Positions 1 to 11,268 of a DNA stretch of 40,405 bases are shown here, piece by piece. The notes beneath the pieces were generated by a model, which worked only from the letters and a program-made list of their open reading frames with translations, searched no databases and was not told the origin of the DNA. The position numbers were made by a program, and so were the translations under genes. Where the stretch lies: positions 38,116 through 78,520 of the forward strand of contig RQSC01000678.1 of assembly GCA_013416795.1 (NCBI GenBank), read 5' to 3'. The DNA comes from Prasinococcaceae sp. CCMP 1430. Taxonomy: Eukaryota; Plantae; Prasinodermophyta. The stretch's first letter is position 1. Each line of letters opens with the position of its first letter.

Positions 1-96
1 CGCGTCGCGGCGATGTCGTCGCCGTCCGCCCCGCCCTGCCCGCGCCCGCGCGCCCGTGCGTCCGCCCACCCCGCCACGCGCGCGCGACGCTGCAGC

Positions 97-1503
97 ATGA
101 AGAACAAGCTTGGCGGGGGGCGCAAGGCCGCCAAGCCCGAGGGCTCGGGTGGCTCCGCGGGGGGGGCGGGGAGCAGCGGCGTCTCGCGCACGATCAGCGC
201 CGTGATGCCCGAGGGCGGGCCGATGGCGCTCTATCGCGACCCGCCGCCGTCGTTCCGCGACGTGGCGGTGGTGGATCGCCAGGCGCTCTTCTGCAGGAAG
301 CTGCAGCTGTGCTCGGCGACCTTCGACTTCAACGACGCCACCCAGCACGTGAAGGAGAAGGAGCTGAAGAGGCAGACGCTGCTGGAGCTGGTCGATTACG
401 TCAACACGGGGTCGGGCAAGTTCGTCGAGGCGGTCTTCGACGACATCGCGAAGATGCTCGCGGCCAACCTGTTCCGCGCGCTGCCGCCGACGGAGCGCCT
501 GAGCAGCGGCAAGGACAGCGAGTCGTACGATCCGGAGGAGGAGGAGCCCACGCTGGAGCCCGCGTGGCCGCACCTGCAGATCGTGTACGAGTTCCTGCTG
601 CGGTACATCGTGAGCAACGAGACGGAGGCGAAGCAGGCCAAGAAGTACATCAGCACGACCTTCGTGCTCAAGCTGCTGCAGCTGTTCGACTCGGAGGACC
701 CGCGCGAGCGCGACTACCTCAAGACCATCCTCCACCGCATCTACGGCAAGTTCATGGTGCACCGTCCCTTCATCCGCAAGGCGATATTCAACATCTTCTC
801 GCAGTTCATCTACGAGACGGAGCGACACAACGGCATCGCCGAGCTGCTGGAGATCCTGGGCTCGATCATCAACGGCTTCGCGCTGCCGCTCAAAGAGGAG
901 CACAAGACGTTCCTGCTCAAGGCGCTGCTGCCGCTGCACAAGCCCAAGTGCGTGAGCATGTACCACCAACAGCTGAGCTACTGCGTGTCGCAGTTCGCCG
1001 AGAAGGACCCGAAGCTCGCCGAGGTGGTGATCATGCAGCTGCTCAAGTACTGGCCCGTGACCAACAGCCAGAAAGAGGTGCTCTTCCTGGGCGAGCTGGA
1101 GGAGATCCTGGAGCTCACGCAGGCGGCGGAGTTCCAGAAGGTGATGGTGCCGCTCTGCCAGCAGCTGAGCCGCTGCATGAAGAGCAGCCACTTCGGGGTC
1201 GCGGAGCGCACGCTGTTCCTGTGGAACAACGATTACATCTGGAGCCTGGCGGCGCTGCAGAACAGGCAAACGGTGCTGCCCATCCTCTTCGACGCGCTGG
1301 ACACCAATTCGACCTCGCACTGGAACCAGCAGGTGCACCAGCTCACCAATAATGTGGTCCAGCTCTTCCAGAACATCGACCAGGCGTTCTGGGACGAGTG
1401 CAAGGCCAATCATGAGGCGGAGAAGAGGGCCAAGGCGGAGCAGGCAAAGCAGCGAGCCGTCAAGTGGGAGCGACTCGAGGAGGCGGCGGCGAAGCGGCGC
1501 TAG
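97..1503 (+). CDS. PPP2R5: Protein phosphatase 2A regulatory subunit B' (B56 family), intronless
   Basis: B56 signature blocks: [75 protein letters not shown]. Stop TAG at 1501-1503. ATG 97 (MKNKLGG) is preferred to ATG 13, whose extension is low complexity; the start is uncertain. Confidence 0.97.
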   Translation: MKNKLGGGRKAAKPEGSGGSAGGAGSSGVSRTISAVMPEGGPMALYRDPPPSFRDVAVVDRQALFCRKLQLCSATFDFNDATQHVKEKELKRQTLLELVDYVNTGSGKFVEAVFDDIAKMLAANLFRALPPTERLSSGKDSESYDPEEEEPTLEPAWPHLQIVYEFLLRYIVSNETEAKQAKKYISTTFVLKLLQLFDSEDPRERDYLKTILHRIYGKFMVHRPFIRKAIFNIFSQFIYETERHNGIAELLEILGSIINGFALPLKEEHKTFLLKALLPLHKPKCVSMYHQQLSYCVSQFAEKDPKLAEVVIMQLLKYWPVTNSQKEVLFLGELEEILELTQAAEFQKVMVPLCQQLSRCMKSSHFGVAERTLFLWNNDYIWSLAALQNRQTVLPILFDALDTNSTSHWNQQVHQLTNNVVQLFQNIDQAFWDECKANHEAEKRAKAEQAKQRAVKWERLEEAAAKRR

Positions 1504-2115
1504 CACACGCCACCTGTACTATCACGCGGCCGCGCGCTAAACACGCGCCGCACATAATCGTCCTCTCTGATTCACCCGCGGCACTCCCTAGGCATGCGCG
1601 CGTCCACGCCCTGCGTGCCGTCGCCGCCCCCCGGCCCAGCGTCGCCACCCGCCACCTCCGATGAGCGCGTTTGTCCGCCCCCACCACCCCCAGCTGCCGT
1701 GAGCGCGGCACGCCTCGCCGGGAAGGCCGCCTCGATGGCCCGCCTGTCGGCGTGGTCAAAGGGCGCCGGCAGCGACTTCTGATACTCTTGCGACCACGGC
1801 AGCGCGCGCGCCGCGGGCTGCGCGCGAGCCGTGTGTGCTGCGCGCGCGCAGCCAGGCAGCGCCATGAAGGCTTCGAAGTCGTCCGCGCTCTGCATGCAGC
1901 ACGACCACGAGCGGCAGCCGTCATGGAAGACGGGCGGGCCTGGGTGGTACACGCAGTCCTGCGGCAGGCTCGCGTCTGCGCGAACGCGGACGCGCGCTCG
2001 CGAACGCGTTCCACGCAGGCCCGTGCAGCGCGTCAGCTGCTATCGCGACAGATGTACGCCGCTCTCTGACACGCGCGCGAGAGCGCGCGCGCCTGTCACG
2101 CGCGGCAGACACGCA

Positions 2116-2145
2116 CGCTCGCTCGCTCGCTCGCTCGCTCGCTCG
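2116..2145. repeat. (CGCT)n tetranucleotide microsatellite, about 7.5 units
   Basis: Read directly from the sequence. Confidence 0.9.
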
Positions 2146-2893
2146 AGACGCGCATCGAGGCATGCGGACCCGCACATCGGGGCGACCTCACGCACCGTCC
2201 GCCTCCCCGACCTTGCCGCGCGCGGGCGCCGCGAAGACCTGCCCGCAGCCGAGCCGCGCGCACACGAGCTGTCGTCGCCCGCGCACACGCCGCGGCTGCC
2301 GCTCGCGGTCGGCCGCGCCGCCCAAGCGCGCCCCTTCGCGCGGCGCCGCGGGGCGCCGAAGCGGCAGCCGCGCGCCCTCAAAAAGAGGGTTTACAAAATA
2401 CCCCAAATACCACCAGGGCTTGCGCGAGGACGGAAGTGCCATCACCGCGTCGTGAGAGCGAGCCCCACGTGACACACCCCGAACCCCGCTCGGAGATCCG
2501 GAGGCTCCGGAGGAGACACATTTTAGACCCTATGTACGCGCGAACCCTTCAGGGGTGAAAAGGGGGATGCGGGCCGCGTTGTGGTTTCGCGCGCGCGCGG
2601 GCGCTCGCCGTTGGGAGAATCCGTGTCAAATGGCACGCGCGTGATGGGTGGGGGCGGGGGTAGGGTTTGGGGTGTGAGCTGTACGTACGTGGAGTACAGC
2701 ATCATGATGGTAAAAATGCATTGCGATATAGTATCAATGAATAGTGACTATGGGATGTGCTCTTCACGCGCGCGTGCACGTGCGCGTGGCAGAGGGTGCC
2801 CGCGGGACGTCACCCCCTTGCCCCCCCCCCCACCCCACCCACCCCACACACGCCCTTGGCCTGCGCGAGCGCACGGTCCTGCTGGCTGGTGCG

Positions 2894-3922
2894 ATGCGCG
2901 CGGCCGTGCGGGCGGCGGCGGCGGCGCGCGCGCGCNNNNNNNNNNNNNNNNNNNNNNGATACGGCCGCGGCGGCGGCCGCGGCGGCGGAAGCAGGGAGGG
3001 GCGCGCGGGCTACGGGGGCGCCCCGGGCGGCTACGGAGACGACGCGCCCCGCTACGGCGGCGGCGCTGGCGAGTACGGGCGCGAAGCTGGCGACTACCAA
3101 CAGCAGGCGCCCTCGCTGAGCCGCGCAGCGCTCGTGGGCGAGGCGGTGTACGGCTTGTCGTCGGTGGACGCGGCGCTGTCGCAGTACTCGCGCCGTCCCG
3201 CAATGCACGCGCTCTACGTGCAGGACAGCTCCTCAGCGCGCGCCGAGACGGCCGCGGCGCGCGCGCGCTGCGTGCGCGCCGCGGGCGAGCGCGGCGTCGA
3301 CGTGCTGCCCGCGTCCAAGCACGAGCTGAACCTTCTGAGCTCGGATAGGCCGCACCAAGGGGTGGTGCTGGACGCCGCGCCGCTCGAGTTCGACACCATT
3401 GACTGCCTTCCGCCGGCGGCGACTCAGCCGCCAGGCACCGTGTGGTTGGCGCTCGACGAGGTCGTCGACCCGCAGAACCTCGGCGCCATGCTGCGCACGG
3501 CGCTCTTCCTCGGCTGCGGCGGCGTGGTGACGTGCGCGCGCAACAGCGCGCCGCTGAGCGCCGCCGTGTCCAAGGCGAGCGCTGGCGCGGCCGAGACAAT
3601 GGAGCTGCATGCGTGCCGCTCCATGCCGCGCTTCCTGGGGCGCTGCAACGATGCCGGCTGGACCGTCCTGGGTGCCGCCGGCGAGGCCGGGGCGGTGCGC
3701 GTGGGCGACGTCCGGCGTGGCACGGGTGCCACCCTGCTGGTCATGGGCAACGAAGGGGCAGGCCTGCGCGCGGCGGTGCGCTCGCAATGCAAGGGTGGAC
3801 TGGTGGCTGTCGATGGCGGCGCGCCCAGTGGCTCGGGCGTCGACTCGCTCAACGTGAGCGTCGCGTGCGGCGTCCTCCTCCACAGCCTCCTGCACGGCGG
3901 CGAGCGCAGCGGGGCCGAGTAG
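2894..3922 (+). CDS. MRM1: SpoU/TrmH (SPOUT) rRNA 2'-O-methyltransferase, MRM1/RlmB-like, probably organelle-targeted; spans an assembly gap
   Basis: Motifs RPHQGVVLD, LALDEVVDPQNLGAMLRTALFLG, LLVMGNEGAGLR and VDSLNVSVACGVLL. Arg/Ala-rich N-terminus from ATG 2894, then a Gly/Arg-rich stretch. The frame across the N gap at 2936-2957 is unverified. Confidence 0.85.
   Translation: MRAAVRAAAAARARXXXXXXXXYGRGGGRGGGSREGRAGYGGAPGGYGDDAPRYGGGAGEYGREAGDYQQQAPSLSRAALVGEAVYGLSSVDAALSQYSRRPAMHALYVQDSSSARAETAAARARCVRAAGERGVDVLPASKHELNLLSSDRPHQGVVLDAAPLEFDTIDCLPPAATQPPGTVWLALDEVVDPQNLGAMLRTALFLGCGGVVTCARNSAPLSAAVSKASAGAAETMELHACRSMPRFLGRCNDAGWTVLGAAGEAGAVRVGDVRRGTGATLLVMGNEGAGLRAAVRSQCKGGLVAVDGGAPSGSGVDSLNVSVACGVLLHSLLHGGERSGAE
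2936..2957. other. Assembly gap (22 N)
   Basis: Run of N in the sequence. Confidence 1.
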
Positions 3923-4136
3923 GGGCAGCAACAGCAGTACCGCCTGCAAGGCGCCTGCGCCGCGAAGTTCTGAATACGTTGCGATAGTTATTACTTGAGA
4001 ATTGCGGCTCTCGCGCCGCGCCGCCGCGCCTCTGCGGGCGAGCGCGGGGGGGCGCACAGTACAGCGCCGCACCCGCCCGCGCGCATAGGCTCACGACGGC
4101 ATTTCCGCGCCGCGCCCCTCCTCCCGCCCTTCTTCT

Positions 4137-7100
4137 CTACCTATTATCAAGCGTCGGCAAGACGCCGCTGGGCGTTGCCGGCGTCGCCGCCAGGACGTCC
4201 TCCGCCCGCGCTGCCTGCGCCCTCGCGGCCTCCTCAGCCAAGCGAGCCGCGACCTCGCCATCCGGCGCCAGTGCGTTCGCGTTTTCAGCGTCGACGACCT
4301 CAAGCGCCCCCCCCCGGGCCTCCACGCCCCCCCTTTCTGCCTGCGTGGTGTGGACCTTGTACCTCGTGAGGAATCCGCGCACGGCCGCCTGCACATACTC
4401 TGCCGCGTGGTAGTGCCCCGCCGTATATTCTGTCTCGGCCTGTGCTGACACCTTGAAGTAGTCCAGCTTTTTCAATATCTTGATGCGAACCTCCTGCTCG
4501 ACGGTCGTGGGCAGCGGGTGCGCCGCGACGCGCGCGGCCAGACTGTAGAGAGTCTCGTGGAAGTTGATCTTCCCATTGTGCACGCTTATGTCGAGATGCC
4601 GCAGCATGGACATCAGGGTGCTCGAGCTCACGCCGGTGCCACGAATGCCCAGCGGCGGCTCCAGCCTGGTGATGAGCTTGGGCAGCAGGCGCCGCTTGAT
4701 GAAGTACGAACCCTCCGTGTCGAGCTCCTGCCAGACTTCGATGAAGCGGTCCATGTGGGCGGGCACCACGGGCAGCGTCTCGGCGTCTGAGCTTGCGATG
4801 ATTTCGTCGAGGATGACGCCGATCACCAGATTGAGCACGATGAGCGCGCACACAACAACAAACGAGGAGAAGTAGAGGATCGCAGCGCCCTCCCATGGGG
4901 TGCAGCGGTTCTCCACGGCCCGGCTGCCGTACCACTCGCGCGCCATCTGGATGCACGGGCTCGACGAGTCAAAGTACACCTCCTCGGCCGTCTGGTCGAC
5001 GCGCTCGCAGATCGTGCCGTCGGCAAGTGTCAGCCGCAGCCAGCGCAGGCCGGTGTCGTCGTCGTCGTAGGGCTCGCACGTGGGCGGCGCGTCGGCACCG
5101 TACTTGACCTCGAGAGCCGCGTTGACCGCCGCAGCGCTCGCAAAGGACGCCACCGCGCTTGTGGCTTGCTGCGCGATGCCTCGGGGGAACAGGGCGTCCA
5201 CGGGGCACTTGAGCGGGCTCAGCACCAAGTCGACGTCGACTATCGTGCCGTCCCCCGACACCTGAGGCATGGTGTAGTCAAGCTGGTAGTAGGCCTCCGA
5301 GAGCGAGTGGCACTCCTGGGTGACCATGGCATCCCACATGATGCCGTTCCACGACTCGCCGGTGGCCATGCGGAAGAGAGTCATCATGGCCGCAGGGAAG
5401 TCTCGGAAGTTGGCGTACCTGTTCAGGTTCTCGCCGTAGCGCACGGAACCGAAGAGGTTCATGCCCATGATCGAGTAGATGAAGAAGAACAGCAGGAGCA
5501 CGCTGCCAACGTTCACGAGCGCGGGCAGCGAGAACAGCAGCGTGTGAAAGAGCGTCTTGAGGCCCTTCGCACGCGGCACCAGCCGGAAGATGCGCGCGAC
5601 GCGAAAGACGCGAAGCAGGCTCACCACGGGGATACCGCCCCCGGTGAACGCATCAAGGCAGAGTCCAATGATGGAGAATTGCACCACCACGAAATCGAAC
5701 TTGTTCCAGGGGTTTCCGAAGTAGTTGCGCGGGCCGAGCGCCCAAATCTTGAAGACCATCTCGAGGAAGAAGATCGTCGTGAAGACGAAGTTGGCCCAGA
5801 AGAGCACGGCCACCCACTCATCCGTCATGTCAGCCGTGCGCATCGACATGAACACGATGTTCGCCATGATGCAGGACATGATGAAGCCGTCGAATGCGTC
5901 CGATTGCACGACGTGGAAGGTGCGCGCGCGCCACTCGCCGTCGGGCGGGCTCAGCCGCACGAGAGGCTTTACGCCGGAAATGATGCGCTGGATGTTCACC
6001 CATGCCTGCTGCTCCGAACTGAGAAACACACTCACGCCGTCGTCCGACTTGTGCTTCATCTCGTTGAACTTGTCGATGGTCACGCCAACGAAGAGGTTCA
6101 TCACGAAGAACGAGCCGATGATGATGAAGGACGCGAAGTACAGCGCCAGCGCGGGGTTGGTGTCGCGGATGGGTTGCGTGGTCGACCCCGTGGAGTCGAT
6201 GCCCTGGTACATGGTATCGAGGAACATCTCGAGCGTGGCCATCTCGAAGAGCGTCAAGATGGACGCGAAGATGTTGTCGAAGTGCTTGTCGCGGTTGTTC
6301 CACGAGGTCGGCAAGTTGTAGTAGTCGAGGCTGGCAGCATGCGTGACCATCGCGGCGGCAGCAGGGCTCTCCACGGCGTTCACGCCGCTGTCGGTCCACA
6401 ATGCCCACGCAGCCGCGAAGCCATCCGCGTCGTCGCCGAAAGCCACCTCGAAGAGCGCGCGCGCGGCGACCATGTCGGTGTGCACGATGCACGACGCTTT
6501 CTCACGCCCCTCTGCGTCTGGAGCACACGCGACGCCACTGCGGACCTCGAAGCCATTCTGCGCCCACCATGCGAGCGCATAGTACTTGGAGCCGGCAAAT
6601 TCGGGCAGGTCGGTGAAGGGCGCGACGTTGGGCATGCTTGGGATTTCGCAGAAGTCCTTGTCAAGCTCCATGGGCTGCAGGCCAAGTGGCCCTCCATCGG
6701 CGTCCACGAAACCTGGCGGGTAGAGCGCAGCCGGGACGTCGAGCTTGCCCGCGCGCGGGCCGAGCATCGGAAAGTCGTCGACCTCCAAGCTCTCGCCGCA
6801 CTTGCCAAACGAGTCGGGCAGCGACATGCCGTTGATCTGCGCGACGTGCCAGATGTCATCGCCGCAGTCGAAGCCGCAGTAGCGCAAACGGCCCAGAAGC
6901 AGGTTGAGGCCCAGGATGCCAAAGATGAGGTAGAAGAGCGCGCACACCAGCAGCACATTGCCGATGGCGGGGATCGCCTTGAAGAGCGCATTCACGATGA
7001 CCTTGATGCCCGTGGCGCGGCTGGCCATGCGCAGGGGGCGCAGCGCGCGGAAGGTGCGCAGCGCGCGCAGCGCGTCGAGCGCGCCGCCGCTCGCGGCGAG

Positions 7101-10100
7101 TCCGACAACGCCAACAATGACGATGAGGAAGTCGAGGACGTTCCAGCCATTGCGAAGGTAGGCATCCTTGTGGGCGACGAATCCCATGGTGATCACCTTG
7201 AGCACCATCTCGACAGCGAAAAGCGCCACAAAGAGGACGTCCAAGCCAAAGAGCGCCGCGCGCAAGGCCTTGCCACTCGACGAGTTGTCGTTGAGCAGCG
7301 CGTTGCTGTCGAGCGCGAGCAGCATCGAGCTGATCAGGATGGCGGCGATGATGCCCAGCTCGAACTTGTTGTGAGACACCACCCTCGCGCAGGCCACGCG
7401 CACCGCGTTGTCCGGCGGGAACACGAAGAGGGAGTTTGCCTCCGGCACGAGGCTAGACAGGAGCTCATCGATTGAGCGCTCTGTCTGCGACGCGTTCGAC
7501 GCGTTCGACTCAGACAACAAGCGGCGAAGTGACGGGCCGCCGGGCTTGTCCGAGAAGCTCTGGCTCCTGGGAATTGAGTTGGCGTCACCCTTGGCGCTCG
7601 GAGAAGCCTTGCTCACCTCGGACGATGCCAGCTTGGCGTCCTCCTCGTCCTCGCCCTTGACGTCGTCCTCGTCCTCGTCATCGTCGTCGTCGTCGGCGGC
7701 AAAATTGTCTAGCAGGATCGCCAGGAAGAGGTTGAGGATGATGTAATTGCCGATGGAGAAGAGCAGCAGGAAGTAGAGCGCGAGCGCGTCGGACGTGGCG
7801 TACATGCCGTCATACATGACCTCGTTCCAATTCTCCCCGGTGAGCACCTGGAAGATGGTGATGATCGACCAGTAGACATCGTCGAAGTTGTGCCGCGGGC
7901 GGTAGGGCCGGCCCACGTAGCGCATGGCGGCGATCTCGAAGACATCGCCGTCACCGTCCTTCTCGCCCGCGAACATCATGCAGCCTTCGACGCCATCCGC
8001 GCGGCGGTCGGATACGAGGCTGGCGACGTCTGGAGAAAACGTCACGGTTGCGCGCTGCTGGGTGTTCAGGCCGGCGTAGATGTCGCCGGCGAGGAAAACG
8101 TCGCAGGGTTCAGTTGCGAGCCCGAACGTGCAGTCGAATTTGGACGCACAAGCGACGCCGGCGTCGTCGACGGACGCGTAGCACTCTCTGTGGTCCGAGC
8201 ACTTGCCTCCGCCACTGAGGAAAGCAGGCACGCCTTGCACCGCGCCTCCTGGGGGGCACATTTGGCCGCCATCGTCACAGAACTCGTAGCGGTAGCCGAA
8301 GAGCTGCATCCCGAGCAGGGCAAAAACGAAGATGAAGAGCACCAGGATGAGGCTGAGGTACGTCACCGAGGCCACGCTCCTGAAGACGGTGGTGATGATC
8401 GAGTTGAGCTCTTTCCACGACCGCGCGAGCTTGAAGACACGCAGCAGGCGGAAGGCGCGCAGCACGGAGAACATGCCGCCGCCGCCCGAGCCGCTCGCCA
8501 AGGTGACGACAATCTCCACGATTGACAGCACCACGATGACGCCGTCGAAGACATTCATGGGGTCCTTGCGGTAGCCGCCCGGGCCGAGCGCGGTGATCTT
8601 CAGGACCATCTCGACGGCGAACGCCGCCGTCAGGATGTAGTTAATGGCGTCGAAGGCAGTGAACATAGCATCGGGCATGCCGTCGAACTCGGCCGCCATG
8701 ACTATGGTGTTGATGACTATGAGGGCGACGATGACGTACATGAACGACTCGTGCTCGACGATGCTCTGGCAGGTGCGCACAAGCTTGCTCGAGCTCTGCA
8801 CGGGAACATCGCCGGGCATGCGCCCACCGTTGTCGAACGCCTTGGCATCGCTGGTCACCTTTTTATCACCAGCGTTGTCCTGAGCGGACTCCGCTTCTTC
8901 GTCGTCGTCGCGCCGGGTGAAGTACAGGTACAGCACAGCCAGCGCCAGGTTGATGGCGTAGAACGAGCCGACGATAATCAGGAAAAGGAAGTAAATCCAT
9001 ACCCAGGGGCTCTTGCCGTCCTGCAGGTCGTACATCACGTCGGTCCATCCCTCCATCGATACGCACGTGAAGATCGTCAGCCACGCCCACAGGATGTTGT
9101 CAAACGAGATGGCGTTGTGCTTCGGGTTCTCGCCGCGCACGCAGGTCAGCTGCACGCCGTCGCCATCCCGCGGACACACGCGCCCCGCGCCACTCCTTCC
9201 GCTGTACGACGCCTTGCCCCACTCGTCCAGCCCCTCCCACGGGCCCTCGACCACTCCCGCATCCTTCAGGAGGTCCCACTGTGCCTCGCGCGCGGCCTCG
9301 ACGTCCTTGGCTTTGCCACCGGCGGCCTTGATCACCTCCAGCCACTCGCACGCCCCGCCTGCCCCACCAGCGTACGCGAGCGCCTCCTCAGAGCACAGGT
9401 GCGGGTGCTGCGCATACAGGGCGGCGAGGTCCCGCTCTTCGTAGTCACCCATCTCGAGAGGCATTGGGTACATCGGCCCCGAGCACAGGTCGCCCTCGGG
9501 GTCCTCGAGCACGTACGTGAGCAGGCCCGTGGCGGTGTCAAAGCCCTCGTAGCCGCACCTGTTGCGCATGCGCTCCGCAAAGGACTGGATGCCCACGATG
9601 CCCAGTATGAAGAACAGGAAGCCGCAGAGCAGCAGCACGTTCCCGAGCATGGGAAGCGAGCTCATGAGCGTCACCACGAGCTTTCGCAGCCCCTCGACAG
9701 AGGTGAGCGTGCGCAGCGGGCGGAGCACGCGCACGGTGCGAATGGACGTGTAGTTGCCGATGAGTCCACTGCTCGCGATGATGCCCAGCAGGACCACCAG
9801 AAAGTCCATCACGTTCCAGGGGTCGCGCAGGTAGGCACCCTTGCCCAGGAAGAAGCCCATGCCCAGGACCTTGAGCATCATCTCAATGACGAAGAGAGGC
9901 GTGAAGACCCACTCGCTCACAGCGAGGAACTTCCCCAGCCGGCTGCTCTCAAAGTTTGGCGCGTTCGAGCCCATTGCCAGCGTGATGCAATTGAGGAGGA
10001 TGAGCAGCAGGATGGCGTTGTCGAAGAGCTTCGAGACGATCGCGCGCATAGCAGCCACCCGCACAGGGTTGCCCTTCGTGAAAACGAACAGCGAGCGCTC

Positions 10101-10376
10101 CGAGAAAGTAGACACGCGCTTGATGCCCTGCGGCGTGAATGACTTGATCGTCGCCTCCGTCATGTCGCCCAATTGTATTCGCCAGTCAACCCCTTCACTG
10201 CCGGCGTCGCCGCCGCTGTCACCGCCGCTGTGCTGCGAAGGGTCACCGGCGCTCGAGCCGTTGGAGCCGCCCCCCACGGCGAAGGGCCCCACAGCATCGC
10301 CGCCGCCGCCCGCGCCAGCCTCAGCGTCCGCACCGCCCGCCTCCTTGGCAGGCGGCATCCACGCGTCCTCGGCCAT
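4137..10376 (-). CDS. Four-domain voltage-gated cation channel alpha subunit, Ca2+-type EEEE filter, intronless, about 2079 aa
   Basis: Four 6-TM repeats with S4 segments IRTVRVLRPLRTL, LRAFRLLRVFKLAR, LRALRTFRALRPLR and LRVFRVARIFRLV. Pore motifs SMEGW, TGENW, TLEMF and TGESW. C-terminal EF-hand-like segment (FIEVWQELDTEG) and IQ motif (EYVQAAVRGFLTR). ATG 10376 (MAEDAW) is preferred; the ORF is open to 10424. Confidence 0.96.
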   Translation of the reverse strand: MAEDAWMPPAKEAGGADAEAGAGGGGDAVGPFAVGGGSNGSSAGDPSQHSGGDSGGDAGSEGVDWRIQLGDMTEATIKSFTPQGIKRVSTFSERSLFVFTKGNPVRVAAMRAIVSKLFDNAILLLILLNCITLAMGSNAPNFESSRLGKFLAVSEWVFTPLFVIEMMLKVLGMGFFLGKGAYLRDPWNVMDFLVVLLGIIASSGLIGNYTSIRTVRVLRPLRTLTSVEGLRKLVVTLMSSLPMLGNVLLLCGFLFFILGIVGIQSFAERMRNRCGYEGFDTATGLLTYVLEDPEGDLCSGPMYPMPLEMGDYEERDLAALYAQHPHLCSEEALAYAGGAGGACEWLEVIKAAGGKAKDVEAAREAQWDLLKDAGVVEGPWEGLDEWGKASYSGRSGAGRVCPRDGDGVQLTCVRGENPKHNAISFDNILWAWLTIFTCVSMEGWTDVMYDLQDGKSPWVWIYFLFLIIVGSFYAINLALAVLYLYFTRRDDDEEAESAQDNAGDKKVTSDAKAFDNGGRMPGDVPVQSSSKLVRTCQSIVEHESFMYVIVALIVINTIVMAAEFDGMPDAMFTAFDAINYILTAAFAVEMVLKITALGPGGYRKDPMNVFDGVIVVLSIVEIVVTLASGSGGGGMFSVLRAFRLLRVFKLARSWKELNSIITTVFRSVASVTYLSLILVLFIFVFALLGMQLFGYRYEFCDDGGQMCPPGGAVQGVPAFLSGGGKCSDHRECYASVDDAGVACASKFDCTFGLATEPCDVFLAGDIYAGLNTQQRATVTFSPDVASLVSDRRADGVEGCMMFAGEKDGDGDVFEIAAMRYVGRPYRPRHNFDDVYWSIITIFQVLTGENWNEVMYDGMYATSDALALYFLLLFSIGNYIILNLFLAILLDNFAADDDDDDEDEDDVKGEDEEDAKLASSEVSKASPSAKGDANSIPRSQSFSDKPGGPSLRRLLSESNASNASQTERSIDELLSSLVPEANSLFVFPPDNAVRVACARVVSHNKFELGIIAAILISSMLLALDSNALLNDNSSSGKALRAALFGLDVLFVALFAVEMVLKVITMGFVAHKDAYLRNGWNVLDFLIVIVGVVGLAASGGALDALRALRTFRALRPLRMASRATGIKVIVNALFKAIPAIGNVLLVCALFYLIFGILGLNLLLGRLRYCGFDCGDDIWHVAQINGMSLPDSFGKCGESLEVDDFPMLGPRAGKLDVPAALYPPGFVDADGGPLGLQPMELDKDFCEIPSMPNVAPFTDLPEFAGSKYYALAWWAQNGFEVRSGVACAPDAEGREKASCIVHTDMVAARALFEVAFGDDADGFAAAWALWTDSGVNAVESPAAAAMVTHAASLDYYNLPTSWNNRDKHFDNIFASILTLFEMATLEMFLDTMYQGIDSTGSTTQPIRDTNPALALYFASFIIIGSFFVMNLFVGVTIDKFNEMKHKSDDGVSVFLSSEQQAWVNIQRIISGVKPLVRLSPPDGEWRARTFHVVQSDAFDGFIMSCIMANIVFMSMRTADMTDEWVAVLFWANFVFTTIFFLEMVFKIWALGPRNYFGNPWNKFDFVVVQFSIIGLCLDAFTGGGIPVVSLLRVFRVARIFRLVPRAKGLKTLFHTLLFSLPALVNVGSVLLLFFFIYSIMGMNLFGSVRYGENLNRYANFRDFPAAMMTLFRMATGESWNGIMWDAMVTQECHSLSEAYYQLDYTMPQVSGDGTIVDVDLVLSPLKCPVDALFPRGIAQQATSAVASFASAAAVNAALEVKYGADAPPTCEPYDDDDTGLRWLRLTLADGTICERVDQTAEEVYFDSSSPCIQMAREWYGSRAVENRCTPWEGAAILYFSSFVVVCALIVLNLVIGVILDEIIASSDAETLPVVPAHMDRFIEVWQELDTEGSYFIKRRLLPKLITRLEPPLGIRGTGVSSSTLMSMLRHLDISVHNGKINFHETLYSLAARVAAHPLPTTVEQEVRIKILKKLDYFKVSAQAETEYTAGHYHAAEYVQAAVRGFLTRYKVHTTQAERGGVEARGGALEVVDAENANALAPDGEVAARLAEEAARAQAARAEDVLAATPATPSGVLPTLDNR

Positions 10377-11268
10377 CGTGGCTCTGTGAACGTCCGCGCC
10401 AGCGCTTGTCGCCGGCTCCCACACCCCCGTCCCCGGACCGCAGCCCGTTGCGCTAAAGCTTCGGCCTGGGAGACATCGGTTCGCTCCGGCCTGTGCGCGT
10501 GCCGGCGCGGCGCAGATGGCGGGTCAGCGTCGTCCACGCACGGAGCGCTACCACGCAGAGGCATTGCGCGGCGGCGAGTGCGATGCTGCCAGCTACGTGC
10601 ACGCGTCGCCATCCCCAGCCACGTCAGGCATCTCGCGCGGCGCGCGGAGGATGCGCGGCGCAGCGCCGCGGACACGCGCCCTCGCGGCGTTCGCGCATCC
10701 GCGCGCCTCGGGATAAAAAAAAATGCCTTCGGCTCGGCGCCGGCTGGCGGCGGCACAGCCAGCGCGCTGCTCGCCCACCTGCCCCCTCCCCGCACGCGCG
10801 CGCGGGCGTGAAGCGCGGCTGAGGGGTCTGCGGAGTCACCCGCGCCGAGGGAAATGACATAATGCGAGGGTCCGTTCCCCTCGCCCCCACTGACCACGCA
10901 CGCCTCTCGCCCCCTGAGTACACAGCGGGGGAACCAAAAAAAAAATGCAGCGACGAGGTCAACGCCGCCGGCGTGCGGCCCGCGTGCTCCGCGAGGCTCG
11001 CGAGCGAGCTCCCGCGGTGGTGGGGCGGGCGGCGATGAAATACAGGGGGGTCGATTGCGCGCCCCACCGCGCGCCGCGAGCCCCGACCTCGGCGCCGCCG
11101 CAGCGGCAGGTGCCTCAACTGCTGCGGGCGTGCCGCTGGGCCGAACGGGGCCAAAAAAAAAAAAGGGGGGGGGGACCCCACCCCACCCACCTGCCGCGCG
11201 GCGCGCGGTGTGGGGCGCCCGCTGCGACGCCTATTCCGGTCCGCGCGGCGCGCGTGTTGAACGCAGCC

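Noticed and set aside
2380-2760. Possible transposon fragment in the lower-GC intergenic stretch before the MRM1-like gene
   Set aside because: No terminal inverted repeats, target-site duplication or transposase-like ORF could be identified.
10864-10884. tRNA T-arm-like hairpin GCGAGGG-TCCGTTC-CCCTCGC
   Set aside because: The loop lacks TTCRA, and no acceptor, D or anticodon arms could be built around it.
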